A stretch of 64,000 bases of DNA from Mobula hypostoma (Eukaryota): assembly GCF_963921235.1 (NCBI RefSeq), contig NC_086108.1:20026001-20090000 (forward strand). The letters run 5' to 3'. The notes beneath the pieces are model-generated. The model was not told where the DNA came from. It was given only the letters and a program-made list of their open reading frames with translations, and did not search any database. This document shows, in pieces, positions 11,264 through 23,700 of this stretch (its first letter is position 1; the number at the start of each line of letters is the position of its first letter). A program made the translations under genes and the position numbers.

Positions 11264-14200
11264 CCATTTACTACCACCCTCTGCCTTTAGTGGACAAGCC
11301 ACAGAATCCATGCAGCCAGCTTTCCTTGGATCCCATATCTCCTGGCTTTCTGTATGAGTCTATACTGGGGAACCTAGTCAAATACCTTACTAAAATCTAT
11401 ATACACCACATCCACTGGTCTATCTTCAATCTGTTTTGTCACCGACTCAAAGAATTCAATCACGCTCGTGAGGCACAACCTGCATCCCACAAAGCTATGC
11501 CGACTGTCCCTAATCAGACTATACTTTTTCAAGTGCTCGTAAATGCCATCTCTAAGCATCTCTTAATTGCCATCATTGCAGAAGAAGCAAAGCTGCTCCA
11601 GAGGCAGAGGATGTTGGGTGAGGAAGGGAAACAAGGGTTTAGACCCGGCAACATTCTTTTTGCTTTTCTCTGTACTTTCAACCTTATTTACATCTTTCCT
11701 GTAGGTAGGTCACCAAAACTGCACACAATATTCCAAATTAGGCTTCATTAACATCTTATACAACTTCAACATGACATCCCATCTCCTGAACTCAATACAA
11801 TGATTTATTAAGGTTAATCTGCCAAATGCTTTCTTTATGCCTATCTACCTGTCTTCCTCGCTGTCCACTACACCCCTAATCTTGGTGTCATCTGCAAGTT
11901 GCTGACCCAGTTAACAACATTGATATAGATGACAGACAACCACGGGCCCATCACAAATCCCTGCGGCACTCCACTAGTCACAGGCCTCCAGTCAGACAGG
12001 CACCATCTACTATCATTCTCTGACTTCTCCCACAAAGCCATTGTTGAATTCAATTTATTACATCTTGAATGCCAAACGACTGAATCTTCTTGACCAATCC
12101 TCCCATGATGGACATTCTCAAATCCTTGCTAAAGTCCATGTAGACACCATCCACTGCCTTGCCTTCATCTTGGCAACTTCCTCAAAAAACTCTATAACAT
12201 TGGTTAGACACAACCTACCATGCACAATGCTATGCTGACTATATCCCTAATCAATCCATGTCTATCCAAATACTCATATAGCTGGTCCCATAGAGCACCT
12301 TCCAATAATTTACTGATGTCAGGCTCACTGGCCTATAACTTCCTGATTCATATTTGGAGTCATTCATAAACAGAGGATCAAAATTAGCTATCCTCCAATC
12401 CTCTGCTACCTCACCCATCGCTAAGGATTTAAGTATCCCTGGCCTCAGCAATTTCTGCACTAGCTTCACACGGGGTCCAAGGGAACACCTTGTTGGTCCC
12501 TGGGGATTTATTCACCCTAATTTGCCTTAAGATGATAAACACCTTCTCCTCTGTAATCTGTATGGGGTCTGTGAAATTGATGCTGCTTTGCCTCATTTCT
12601 ATAGACTGTGTCCATCTCGTGAGTAAATACAGATGTAAAAAAATTCATTTGTGATTTCCCCCATCTCTTTTGGCTCTGCATATGGATTACCATAATGACC
12701 TTCCAGAGACCCTTGCAATCCTTTCAACATATCTGTAGAATTCCTTAGGATCTTCCTTCACCTTGTCCTCTCTGGCAACCTCATGCCTTCTTTTAGTCCA
12801 ACCGATTTCTTTCTTAAGTGTTCCCTTGCATTTCTTATAGCACCTCATTCGTTCCTACTTGTCCATACCTGCTATGCACCTCCTTTTTTAAACCAGGACC
12901 TCAATATCACTTGAAAACCAAGGTTCCCAAAACCTGTTATCTTCACCTTTTATTCCAACAGGCACATGCAAGCTTTACGCTCTCAAAATTTCACTTTTGC
13001 AGACTTCCCATTTACCAAGTACATCTTTGCCAAAACACCCTGTCCCAATCTACACTTGCCAGATCCTTTCTGATACCATCAAAATTGGCCTTTTTCCAAT
13101 TATGAACCCACAGACCAGACCTATCTTTTCCTATATTTACTTTGAAACTAATGGCATTATGATCACTAGATGGAAAGTGTTCCCCTACACAAATTTCTGT
13201 CACCTGCCCAGTCTCATTCCCAAACAGTAGATCAAGTATCACACAATCTCTCATTTGGACTTCTTAATCTTATTAAGGAAAATTTCCTGAACAAATTGAC
13301 AAACTCTATCCTACCAAGCAACACACATAAAAGTTGCTGGTGAACACAGCAGGCCAGGAAGCGTCTCTAGGAAAAGGTACAGTCGACATTTCGGGCCGAG
13401 ATCCTTCGTCAGGATTAACTGAAAGAAGAGCTAGTAAGAGATTTGAAAGTGGGAGGGGGAGATCCGAAATGATAGGAGAAGACAGGAGGGGGAGGGATGG
13501 AGCCAAGAGCTGGATAGTTGATTGGCAAAAGGGGTATGAGAGGATCTTGGGACAGGAGGCCTAGGGAGAAGAAAAGGGGGGGGGAACCAGAGGATGGGCA
13601 AGGGGTATAGTGAGAGGGACAGAGGGAGAAAAAGGAGAGAGAGAAAAAGAATGTGTATATAAATAAATAACGGATGGGGTACGAGGGGGAGGTGGGGCAT
13701 TAGCAGAAGTTTACCAAGACCTTTTACGGTATGGGAGTCCAAGTCAATATGTAGAAAGCTAAAAATCGCCTACTCTAACCTTATTTTTCTTGCAGCAGTC
13801 TGCGATCTCTGTACAAATTTTCATTCTCATGCCCAGAACCTCCCGTCAGTTCCCCTAACTCATGAATCCCTATCACCACAGCTTTCCTTTCTTCCCACCT
13901 TCCCTTTAAAGTTACAGAGCCAGACTCAGTGCCAAAGACCTGACTGATGTGATTTTCCTCTGCTAGGCCTTTCCCCACCCACAACAACAGCATCCAAAGT
14001 GGTATACGTGTTGTGGATGGGATAGCCACAGAGGTACTCTGCACTGGTTGTTTAACCCCTTTCCCCTTCCTGTCACCCAGCTTCCTGTGACCATCACTCT
14101 ATCACTCCCTCAGCCACCTGAATGATCTGGAGTTCATCACTTCGGGCTTCAACTTCTTAACGCGCAGTGTGCATATTATCCCTGTGACTGTTCAGATTTC

Positions 14201-14700
14201 CCTCAAGTGTTCTGGTTTCCTCAGGACAGTAGGCTGATTGGCTATTATAAATCTCACAGCAGTTAGATACACTTCTTGCAGGTGTAGTCAATAAAGATAC
14301 TGGAGGTCTCCCAGCCTTCCTACATCCTGGAAGTGGCACATTCAACTATCCTGCCTGGCATCCTTACTGTTCTAACTGAGCAAATATAAACAATGAAAAC
14401 AATAAAACTCTGTGTGTGGGCGGGGGGGGGGTGGGGTGGAAGAAGAATCTATCTATAGGTTTTTCACCTTCTCTCACTCGCCTCTCCTTACTGGTCTCAA
14501 AGAGCTAAAGCCTCAAAATACCACTCTAACACTATCCACTCCAACAAAGCTGCTCCGCTTGCCCCTGCCTTAACTTAATTTATTCTTGCCAATTAATCTC
14601 AAATTGACCACTGTTCAGTCGCTGCCTTTTTTACTCAATTGGCGAACCTGAGTAAAGCTGCATCTTCTCAGGTTTCAGATCGCTGATTGGGCGCTGCTCA
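11264..14700 (-). mobile_element. Degenerate CR1 fragments (RT, endonuclease and ORF1 remnants)
   Basis: DFSKVFD, SGVPQG, YRPVSLTS and SSDHN motifs; ORF1-like KAVVIG segment near 13870. Confidence 0.75.
13317..13712 (-). mobile_element. Penelope-like element terminal (pLTR) fragment
   Basis: Reverse complement of 59090-59490, the 3' end of the RT/GIY-YIG element. Contains a hammerhead-like motif. Confidence 0.85.
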
Positions 14701-15344
14701 AAACAGTAAGCCTTTTCAAAAATAACCAAGTTCGAGATACAATCAAAAAACAGGAATTAACTTTTCCATTCCTAGACATTTTGGACAATTCAATTCCATT
14801 TACCATTACAACTTGCTTTAGCGCAAAGTATTCTTTAAAAGTTCTGCAGGATTACTTTTAACAGGAATAATAATTCATCAAGGGATAGTGAACTGAGGCA
14901 ACGAGAGAATTTAACATTGCCTCGTTAATTGAAAACGGGATTTTTTTTGTCAACAATTTGCTGGGAGGAATTCAGCAGTTCGAATAATATTTGTGGGGGG
15001 AAGTCAATTGTTGACGTTTGAGTTAGAGATCTAGTTTATTTAACTGATTTTGAGATATGGGAAATCTTAAAGTGCTTGAGATAAACAGCAAGTCAGGAGT
15101 CGAAGAGACAGGCAGAAAAGGGGCCTCGGACTCAAAGCGCAAACTGTTCCTCCCTTCAGTGATGCTGACTTTTGCGCATCTGTGGTACTTTCTGCTTTTA
15201 CCTCGGGGAGACGTTACGATCACCCTGAAGCTCGAACCCTCAGAGTTCCCATCCGGAGAGGGATAGAAGAGTGTTGGTTTTGCTTTGACCAGATCAACAG
15301 AAGACTCTCATCTTAATCGGGCTCAGGGTGGAGACAAAGCTCAC

Positions 15345-15550
15345 CGTCCACTAGGCCTACAATGCAACTCGAGGTGAAACTGCCTCAGGCCTCTCCCCAC
15401 GGCCACAACCTCAGCCGATAGCTCCCGACCCGGGCTAAATCGGTTTAAACCTGCTTCCCGTCCTGCACTGCGCTGCTTGCCAACAGACTGAAGCAATCGC
15501 CGGCCGATTACACGACAAACACATAGCTTTGGATCGATTCGATTAATCAT
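15345..15550 (-). other. CENPL: Putative CENPL first (5') exon; upstream boundary unknown
   Basis: Minus-strand donor CG|GTGAGC at 15345/15344 within the CpG-rich region, oriented away from DARS2. Confidence 0.5.
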
Positions 15551-15650
15551 GCCTGTTGCCAGAGGCGGGGAAAAGAGAGTCAGTGGAACTGGTCAAGGGG
15601 CAAAGGTTGTTCCGAGTGTGACGAGTTGTAGGTTGCGGAGTGAGGCCAAA

Positions 15651-15831
15651 ATGTACCGTCGTAGTGGGCTCCTGGTGTGGGAAATAATGAGGACGGCAGT
15701 AGGTCATGTCCCGGGTTGTCCTGCTGGCCTGAGAGCAGCTTGTACCGCGGAGGGTAAGGACGCCCACAGCCGCCCTGCATTTGCTCCGTGTGAGGCCCAG
15801 GCCGTCCATCGCCGCGCCGCGTTTAGCCCAG
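15651..15831 (+). CDS. DARS2: DARS2 coding exon 1 (putative mitochondrial presequence); 3' boundary is either 15753 or 15831
   Basis: ATG at 15651 gives MYRRSGLLVWEIMRTAVG..., an Arg-containing N-terminus in a CpG-rich region. Donors GG|GTAAGG (after 15753) and AG|GTGAGG (after 15831) are both phase 1, matching the exon 2 acceptor phase. Confidence 0.75.
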
Positions 15832-16137
15832 GTGAGGCTCTCGTCGTAGTAATGAGCCCGTGCATTTAATGACTTCTCGTCCTAACGACTTGCTGGCAGT
15901 TTATGCTAGACTCCAGAAAAGCAACGTGTTTCAAGCAAGTTCTTGAGGGCAATGTTGCCATCAGAAAGAGAAGGTACAGGAGCCTCAGACCCACACCACC
16001 AGGTTCAGGAGTAGTTATCCCTCACTCATTGCGCTCTTGAACTAGAGGGGATAACATCATTCAACTTCACTTGCTGAACTGTTCCCCACGACCTGTGGAT
16101 TCATTTTCATGGACTCTTCAGCTCATATTCCTGATAT

Positions 16138-17120
16138 CACTGGACAACAAATTTTTTCAAAATTGTTGCTTCCTCAGAATTTTTTTGTTTATGATAGACT
16201 GCTTGAAGATGAACACATAATTTCAGACTACTTGTATCACACAGGAATTTGGAGAAACAACAAATTAACTTTTGTTGAACATAATGTGTTTAATTGCATA
16301 ATGGTGCTGATGCTTTGCAATAGTTCAACTAAGTTAAAAATATTCTGTTAATGATTTTCATTTGTACTCAGTATCTGAGGCTTCTTGCTTAAGTGTCCAA
16401 CGATAATTTGCCAGGATTGATGGATTCCAGTTGCCCTGGTATCTTTTCTCAATGACCGCAATGTCCTGATGAAACCTTTCACCATGCTCATCACTAATAG
16501 CACCAAGATTTGTAGGGAAGAAGTGTAAATGGGAATGCAGAAAGTGAATCTTTAGTGATGTTGCGTTTCAAGGCTTTATATGCTTGAAGCATGCTTTCAA
16601 CCAGCTGCATGTAGTTTGGTGCTCTGTAGATGCCGAAAAAAATTTCAGCAACTTCCTTGAATGGCTTCCATGTGATTTTCTCCGGACTCACTAGAAATTC
16701 TTCAAATTGCCTGTCATTGATGACCTGTTTGATTGTGGACCAACAAAAACGCTTTCCTTAATCTTGGCATCAGTTATTCTGGTCTCTGTGTCTATTTGAG
16801 ACAGCATCTGTCTCAAATATTAAAATCCTTCATAGAAATTTTTGTGCCATCCTTACAGTCCTGAACCCAATAATTATTACTAAAACCTGTCCTGCCATGC
16901 AGCAGCCGTGCCGCCGAAGCATGCCTGGACAAGATAGGAAACTTTCTGGCTTACATTGTAGGCAACATATTAATTGACTTGAATTATGAATTGAAATAAT
17001 AAACATAAGTTTATTTTAAAAAATGATACATGATAGGGAAATTTCATGCTGATTTTCATGATCAGTAACCCAAAATTCATAAGATACACCTAAAGGTATT
17101 CAGGAAGCAAAATCTTTGTA
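16138..17120 (-). mobile_element. Internally deleted Chapaev (CMC-Chapaev3-like) DNA transposon
   Basis: CACTGGACAACAAA terminus. Minus-strand frameshifted transposase remnants (FVGPQ, YRAPNYMQLV, SDEHGERFHQDI...RYQGNWNPS) match recalled Chapaev transposases. Confidence 0.7.
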
Positions 17121-17797
17121 AAATCTTTGTATTTACTGCTTATTAATTATCATTAGTTTTCTTTTGTATTTGCACACTAGTTGTCTGCCCTGTTGGGTGC
17201 GGTCTTTCATTGATTGTCTTGTGGTTATTGGATTTATTGAGTATGCCCACAAGAAAATTAATGTCAGGGTTGTACGGTGACATATGTGTACTTTGATAAC
17301 AAATTTTTTTTGAAGTTTCAACACCTCATGTTCGGAAACGATGGAAAATCCAAGTGTAACTGACTCCATACAGCAGCATGGTTAGAAGGTCTACTAGTTC
17401 ATGCACTGAGAATGTGTTCATTTCTGACATCCAGTGCTGTGTGGATATTATCCCTGTGACTGTTCAGATTTCCCTCAAGTTTTCTGGTTTCCTCAGGACA
17501 GTAGGCTGATTGGCTATTATAAATCGCACAGTAGTAATGGTTGGTAGAATCTGGGGAGGGTGGGAGCGAGGGGAGTTGATGGGAATGGATGTGATTGAAG
17601 TGGGGAGAGAATATATCACAGGGAAATGATAGTGAAGGAATGAGATTTCTCTGAGCTCAGCACAATGTATAAGAATATGAAATCTCTCCTCAACCAGAAA
17701 CCAGCCTGATGAGTCATTAGTGCACTTCGATAGCAAGTATATTTTGTAAATAAGAAAATCAAAATTCTACACCATTGTTCAGTCTTCACCAAGGCCC

Positions 17798-20700
17798 TAC
17801 ATAATTGTGACAGTGGGAAAGTGTGTATGAAACCAGAAGAAATAGCAGAGGTACTTAATGAATACTTCAGTATTCACTATGGGAAAGGATCTTGGTGATT
17901 GTAGGGATGACTTGCAGTGGACTGAAAAGCTTGAGCATGTAGATATTAAGAAAGAGGATGTGCTTGAACTTTTGGAAAGCAACAAGTTGGATAAATCGCC
18001 AGGACCGGATGAGATGTACCCTAGGCTACTGTGGGAGGCGAGGGAGGAGATTGCTGAGCCTCTGGCAATGATCTTTGCATCATCAATGGGGACGGGAGAG
18101 GTTCTGGAGGTTGGAGGGTTGCGGATGTTTTTCCTTTATTCGAGAAAGGGGGTAGAGATAGCCCAGGAAATTATAGACCAGTGAGTCTTACTTCAGTGGT
18201 TAGTAAGTTGGTGGCGAAGATCCTGAGAGGCAGGATTTATGAACATTTGGAGAGGTATAATATGATTAGGAATAGTCAGCATAGCTTTGTCAAGGGCAGG
18301 TCGTGCCTTACGAGCCTGATTGAATTTTTTGAGGATGTGACTAAACGCATTGATGAAGGAAGAGCAGTAGATGTAGTGTATATGGATTTCAGCAAGGCTT
18401 TTGATTAGGTACCCCATGCAAGGCTTGTTGAGAAAGTAAGGAGACATGGGATCAAAGGGGAAATTGCTTTGTTTATCCAGAACTGGCTTGCCCACAGAAG
18501 GCAGAGTGGTTGTAGTCGGGCCGTATTCTGCATGGAGGTCGGTGACCAGTGGTGTGCCTCAGAGATCCGTTCTGGGACCCTTAATCCTTGTGATTTTTAT
18601 AAATGACCTAGATGAGGAAGTGGAGGGATGGGTTAGTAAGTTTGCTGATGACACAAAGGTTGGAGGTGTTGTGGATAATGTGGAGGGCTGTCAGGGGTTA
18701 CAGCGGGACATTGACAGGATGCCAAACTGGGTTGAGAAGTGGCAGATGGAGTTCAACCCAGATAAGTGTGAAGTGGTTCATTTTGGTAGATCAAATATGA
18801 TGGCAGAATATAGCATTAATTAGATTAGATTAGATTGAGGACACTCAGTCCTCGTGTATTGTCATTTAGAAATGCATGCATTAAAAAAATGATACAACGT
18901 TCCTCCAGAATGATATCACAAGAAAACACAGGACAAACCAAGACTAAAACTGACAAAACCACATAATTATAACACATAGTTACAACAGCGCAAAGCAATA
19001 CCATAATTTGATAAAGAGCAGACCATGGGCATGGTAAAAAAAAAGTCTCTTTCTTTCTTTTTAAATCTTTTTATTAATTTTCCAAAATAACTATTGATAC
19101 AGAGAGATTGAAATAATCTTATCGTTGATAAGCATGTGCAAAAAAGATTTCAAATAATAAGTATAATAGACTTCCAAACTCTTAATGTAATTAATCATAG
19201 AGAAAAAAGAAATAAAAAGAAAAAAAATACAAAGAAAAACCCCCAAAAAAAGATAGCAAACAGAACAAAACAAGGCTAGACCAATATCTTAAATCAAACA
19301 CTTTCAGTAATGTCGTCAACTCCGCTCCTCTATTCATATATTTTAAGTTAATAAGGATTTGGAAAGGTCAAATTACATCATATGAAAATGTTGAATAAAT
19401 GGTTTCCAAGTCTCTTCAAATTTAACCAAAGGATCTAAAATGTCACTTCTGATTTTTTTCTAAATTTAAACATAACATAGTTTGGGAAAACCCTTGAAAT
19501 GTAGTAGGAGGACTGGTCTCCTTCCAGTTCAATAAAATTGATCTTCTGGCCATTAACATAACAAATGCAATCATCTGACAGGCTGAAGAGGATAAATATC
19601 TATGTTCTACCACTGGCAAACCAAAAACTTTCGTAATAGGATGGGGTTGTAAATCAAAACACAAAACTGTTGAGATAATATCAAAAATATCTTTCCAGAA
19701 TTTTTCCAAAAGAGGACAGGACCAAAACGTATGAGTTAAAGAAGCCACCTCAGAGTGACATCTGTCACAAATAGGGTTTATACAGGAATAAAAATGGGTT
19801 AATTTGTCTTTAGACATATGGGCCCTATGCACTACTTTAAATTGTATTAGCGTATGTTTAGCACATATAGAGGAAGAACTAACTAAATGAAAAACTTGAT
19901 CCCATTTCTCTATAGGTAGGCAAAGTTGAAGTTCCCTTTACCATTCATTTTTAATTTTATCAGATGTCCCTTGCTGTAATTTCATAAATAAATAGATGCT
20001 AGTAATCCCTTCTGAAAGGGATTTAAACCTAAATTGTTATCGGTGATAATCAGTAGGGTATGAGATTGGGAAGGTAGGCAGCGAGGTACTTAAAAAGTTT
20101 CTTATTTGTAAATATCTAAAAAAAAATGGGATCTGGACAAATTAAATTTATTAGATAACTTCAAAAGATATGAAGCAGTTATCCAGAAATAAGTCATGAA
20201 AACATACCTTTCGTTTTCCATATCAAACAGGCTTGATCCACAACCGAGGTTTGAAAAAAAAATTAGATATAATAGGGCTTGATAATATAAATTTGTTCAA
20301 ACTAAAAAATTTATGAAATTGAAACCATATTTGTAATGTATGTTTAATTATTGGATTAATCATTTGTTTATTCAATTTAGATAATACAAAGGGAAGTGAA
20401 GTTCCTAAAATGGAAGCCAAAGAGAACCCTTGTGCAGAGTAGCCTTCAAGGTTTACCCAATGTGGACTTGGAATTATATTCCAATCTTGTGTCCAAAATA
20501 TTAAATATCAAATATTAATTGCCCAATAATAGAATCTTAGATTAGGCAATGCTAAACCACCATCTTTCTTGGACTTCTGTAAATATTTTTTACTTAACCT
20601 GGGATTTTTGTTCTGCCATATATAAGAGGAAATTTTAGAATCGATAGTATCAAAAAAAGATTGAGGAATAAAAATTGGTATTGCTTGAAATAGATATAAA

Positions 20701-23700
20701 AATTTAGGTAAAATAATCATTTTTAATAGCATTAATTCAGCCAATCAGTGATAGAGACAATAGGGACCACTTAGTAATCAGTTGTTTAACCTGACTAAAT
20801 AACGGTAAAAGGTTGAACTTGAATAAATCCTTATGTCTCTTAGTAATTTTAACTTCCAAATAAGTAAAATAGTAATCACTCTGAATGGAGAACATCCATA
20901 AATGGGAACCTGCATATTTAATGGAAAAAGTTCACTCTTACCTAGATTCAAATTATAACCAGAAAAACTACTGAACTGAGCAAGCAGAGATAATACTGCT
21001 GGAATAGATTTCCCCGGGTTAGAAATATATAGTAGTAAATCATCTGCATATAGTGATAATTTATGTGTCTCATTTCCACGAGTAATGCCAAATATATTAG
21101 GAGAGTTACGAATAGCAATAGCTAGCGGTTCCAAGGCAATGTCGAATAGTAGTGGACTAAGAGGGCAACCCTGCCTAGTACCATGGAATAGATGAAAGAG
21201 GGGAGATCTTTGAGTATTAGTAAATACCGAAGCCAAAGGAGTAAGATATATCAATTTAATCCAAGATATAAATAGCGGACTAAAATTAAATTTCTCAAGC
21301 GTATTAAACAAATATGTCCATTTGACTCTGTGAAAGGCTTTCTCAGCGTCCAATGAAATGACACATTCTGGAGTTCTGGGTGAAGGAGTATAAACAATAT
21401 TCATTAATCTAATATTAAAGAAAGAGTAACGATTTTTAATAAATCCAGTCCAATCAGCAGAAATAATTTGAGGCAATGCATTCTCCAAACTCATTGCCAA
21501 TATTTTAGAAAAAATCTTAGGATCCACATTCAACAAAGATATAAGCCTATAAGATGCACATTCAGTAGGATCCTCATCTTTTTTAAGAATTAGGGAAATA
21601 GAAGCTCGATAAAAAGATTGTGGTAATTTACCTATAGATACTGCATCCCTAAAAGTTCTACATAGCCAAGGAGTCAGTGTAGTAGAGAAAGATGTAAAAA
21701 AATCTACTGTATACCCGTCTGGGCCAGATGCTTTACCTGAGTTCATCGAAGAAATAGCATTTTTTATTTCTCCTACCGCTATAGGTACATCTAGTTTCAA
21801 ATGTTCATTAGATGATAATTTTGGAATATTCAATTTCTTTAAGAATTCATGCATTATAGTGGAGTCATCAGGAAATTCTGATTGATATAGGGAGGTATAA
21901 AATTCTTGAAAAGATTTATTTATCTCATCATGGTCAACCGTCAGAGTACCATCTTTTTTACGAATCTTAACAATCTGTCGCTTAATCGAAGCCGATTCCA
22001 ATTGATTAGCCAATAGTTTCCCAGTTCTATCACCATGTATATAGTATTGACTCTTAGTTTTAATTAATTGGCTTTCAATCGAAGATGATAGTAATAGACT
22101 ATGTTCCATTTGAAGTTCAACTCTCTCTTTGTAAAGCTCCTGATTAGGCTATAGAATATTTCTTGTCAATTTCTTTAATCTTGTCAACCAGTTTAAGTAT
22201 TTCATTATTAGTTTGCTTTTCTAATCCAGCAGTATATGAAATAATTTGTCCATGAATGTATGCTTTAAAAGTGTCCCATAGTGTCCCGTGGGAAATACTC
22301 TCCGTAAAATTCGTTGTAAAGAAAAAATTAATCTGTTCTTCAATAAATTTAACAAAATCTGAATCCTGAAGCAAAGTGGTATTAAATGGCCATTGTCCAG
22401 AACTAGAAGATGTATCCCTTGACTTAATAGATAGTTTCAATGGCACATGATCGGAAACAGCAATGGAATCATATTTGCAATCAATAACAAATGGAATTAA
22501 TTGAGAATCAATAAGAAAATTATTCTTGAATAGTGATGATATACATGTGAAAAAAATGAGAACTCTTTCTCGTTAGGATGCAAGATCCTCCAAATTTCTG
22601 AGATTCCACAGTCAGTCATAAAAGAGTTAATAAGAGTAGCTGATTTATTCGGGAGTACTTGATTGGACATCGATCTATCCATCAAAGGATTTAAACAACA
22701 GTTAAAATCTCCGCCTAAAATCAACATATAATCATTTAAATTAGGAAGAGATGTAAAAAGATTCTTAAAAAATTCGGGACAATCAACATTTGGGGCGTAA
22801 ACATTAAGCATAACAACTTTTTTGTTAAATAACAAACCAGTAATTAACAAAAATCTACCATTCGGGTCTGAAACCGTCTCATGATGCAAAAATGAAATTG
22901 ACGGATCTATAAAAATAGAAAGACCTTTTACTTTGGCCTGTGAATTCGAGTGGTACTGTTAATCCTTCCAGAACCTATAAAAACGCTGATTATCCTCTTT
23001 TTGGACATGAGTTTCTTGTGATAATGTGAGCATTCATCCTATGGAATACTTAAAAAAAATTTTCTTCCGTTTAATCGGGTGGTTTAAACCATTTGTATTC
23101 CAAGAAACCAAATTAATAATCTTATCCATAGTACTGAACTCGAGCATAAGGTATGTGAAGGGTTAACCAGAGTACAAACTCATGACCCCGGAAGAGGGAA
23201 GAAGGTCCAAAGAGGAACCGCAAGTCACGGCATTTCGGACATTTTGGTAGTTTCAGGTCAGCCCGTTTAAAAAGAAAAACTAAATTGAAAATAGGAACAA
23301 AAATGCCACCCCTCTCCCGCAAAAAAACAGAAAAAAGCCAGAAAGTGGCCAATGCTAAATCTACAGCAAAATCTAACCCCATCTTTCCAGAAGGCAACCC
23401 AAAAGAAATATGTTTATCATAAGAAACACCACCCATAGTCAAAAAAGTGAAAAAAAGTTAGTATAAATGTAAGGAAAAGATTACAACAATTACAAGCATA
23501 AAATAGATACTTCTTACTTATATTTAAAAAAGAGACCAGGTGCCAATTCATATTATTAGTTTTTCGTATATAAATGATCGGAAGTGACTCAAGAAGAAGA
23601 GAGAATTCTAGGAAGAAGAAAGAAGCAATCCACCATCTTAAAATATAATACTTCTCCAGTAACATTACGAAAAAATGGAAAACAAACGTTAAAACTGTAA

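Larger units (their letters stand above)
15300..15900. promoter_or_regulatory. CpG-rich bidirectional CENPL/DARS2 promoter
   Basis: Locally high GC and CpG density in non-repeat sequence, a GC box (GAGGCGGGG near 15562), and divergent first exons. Confidence 0.75.

Noticed and set aside
16138..17120. Possible internal inversion in the Chapaev element
   Set aside because: The left terminus follows the transposase C-terminus on the minus strand, so the whole element is simply minus-oriented.
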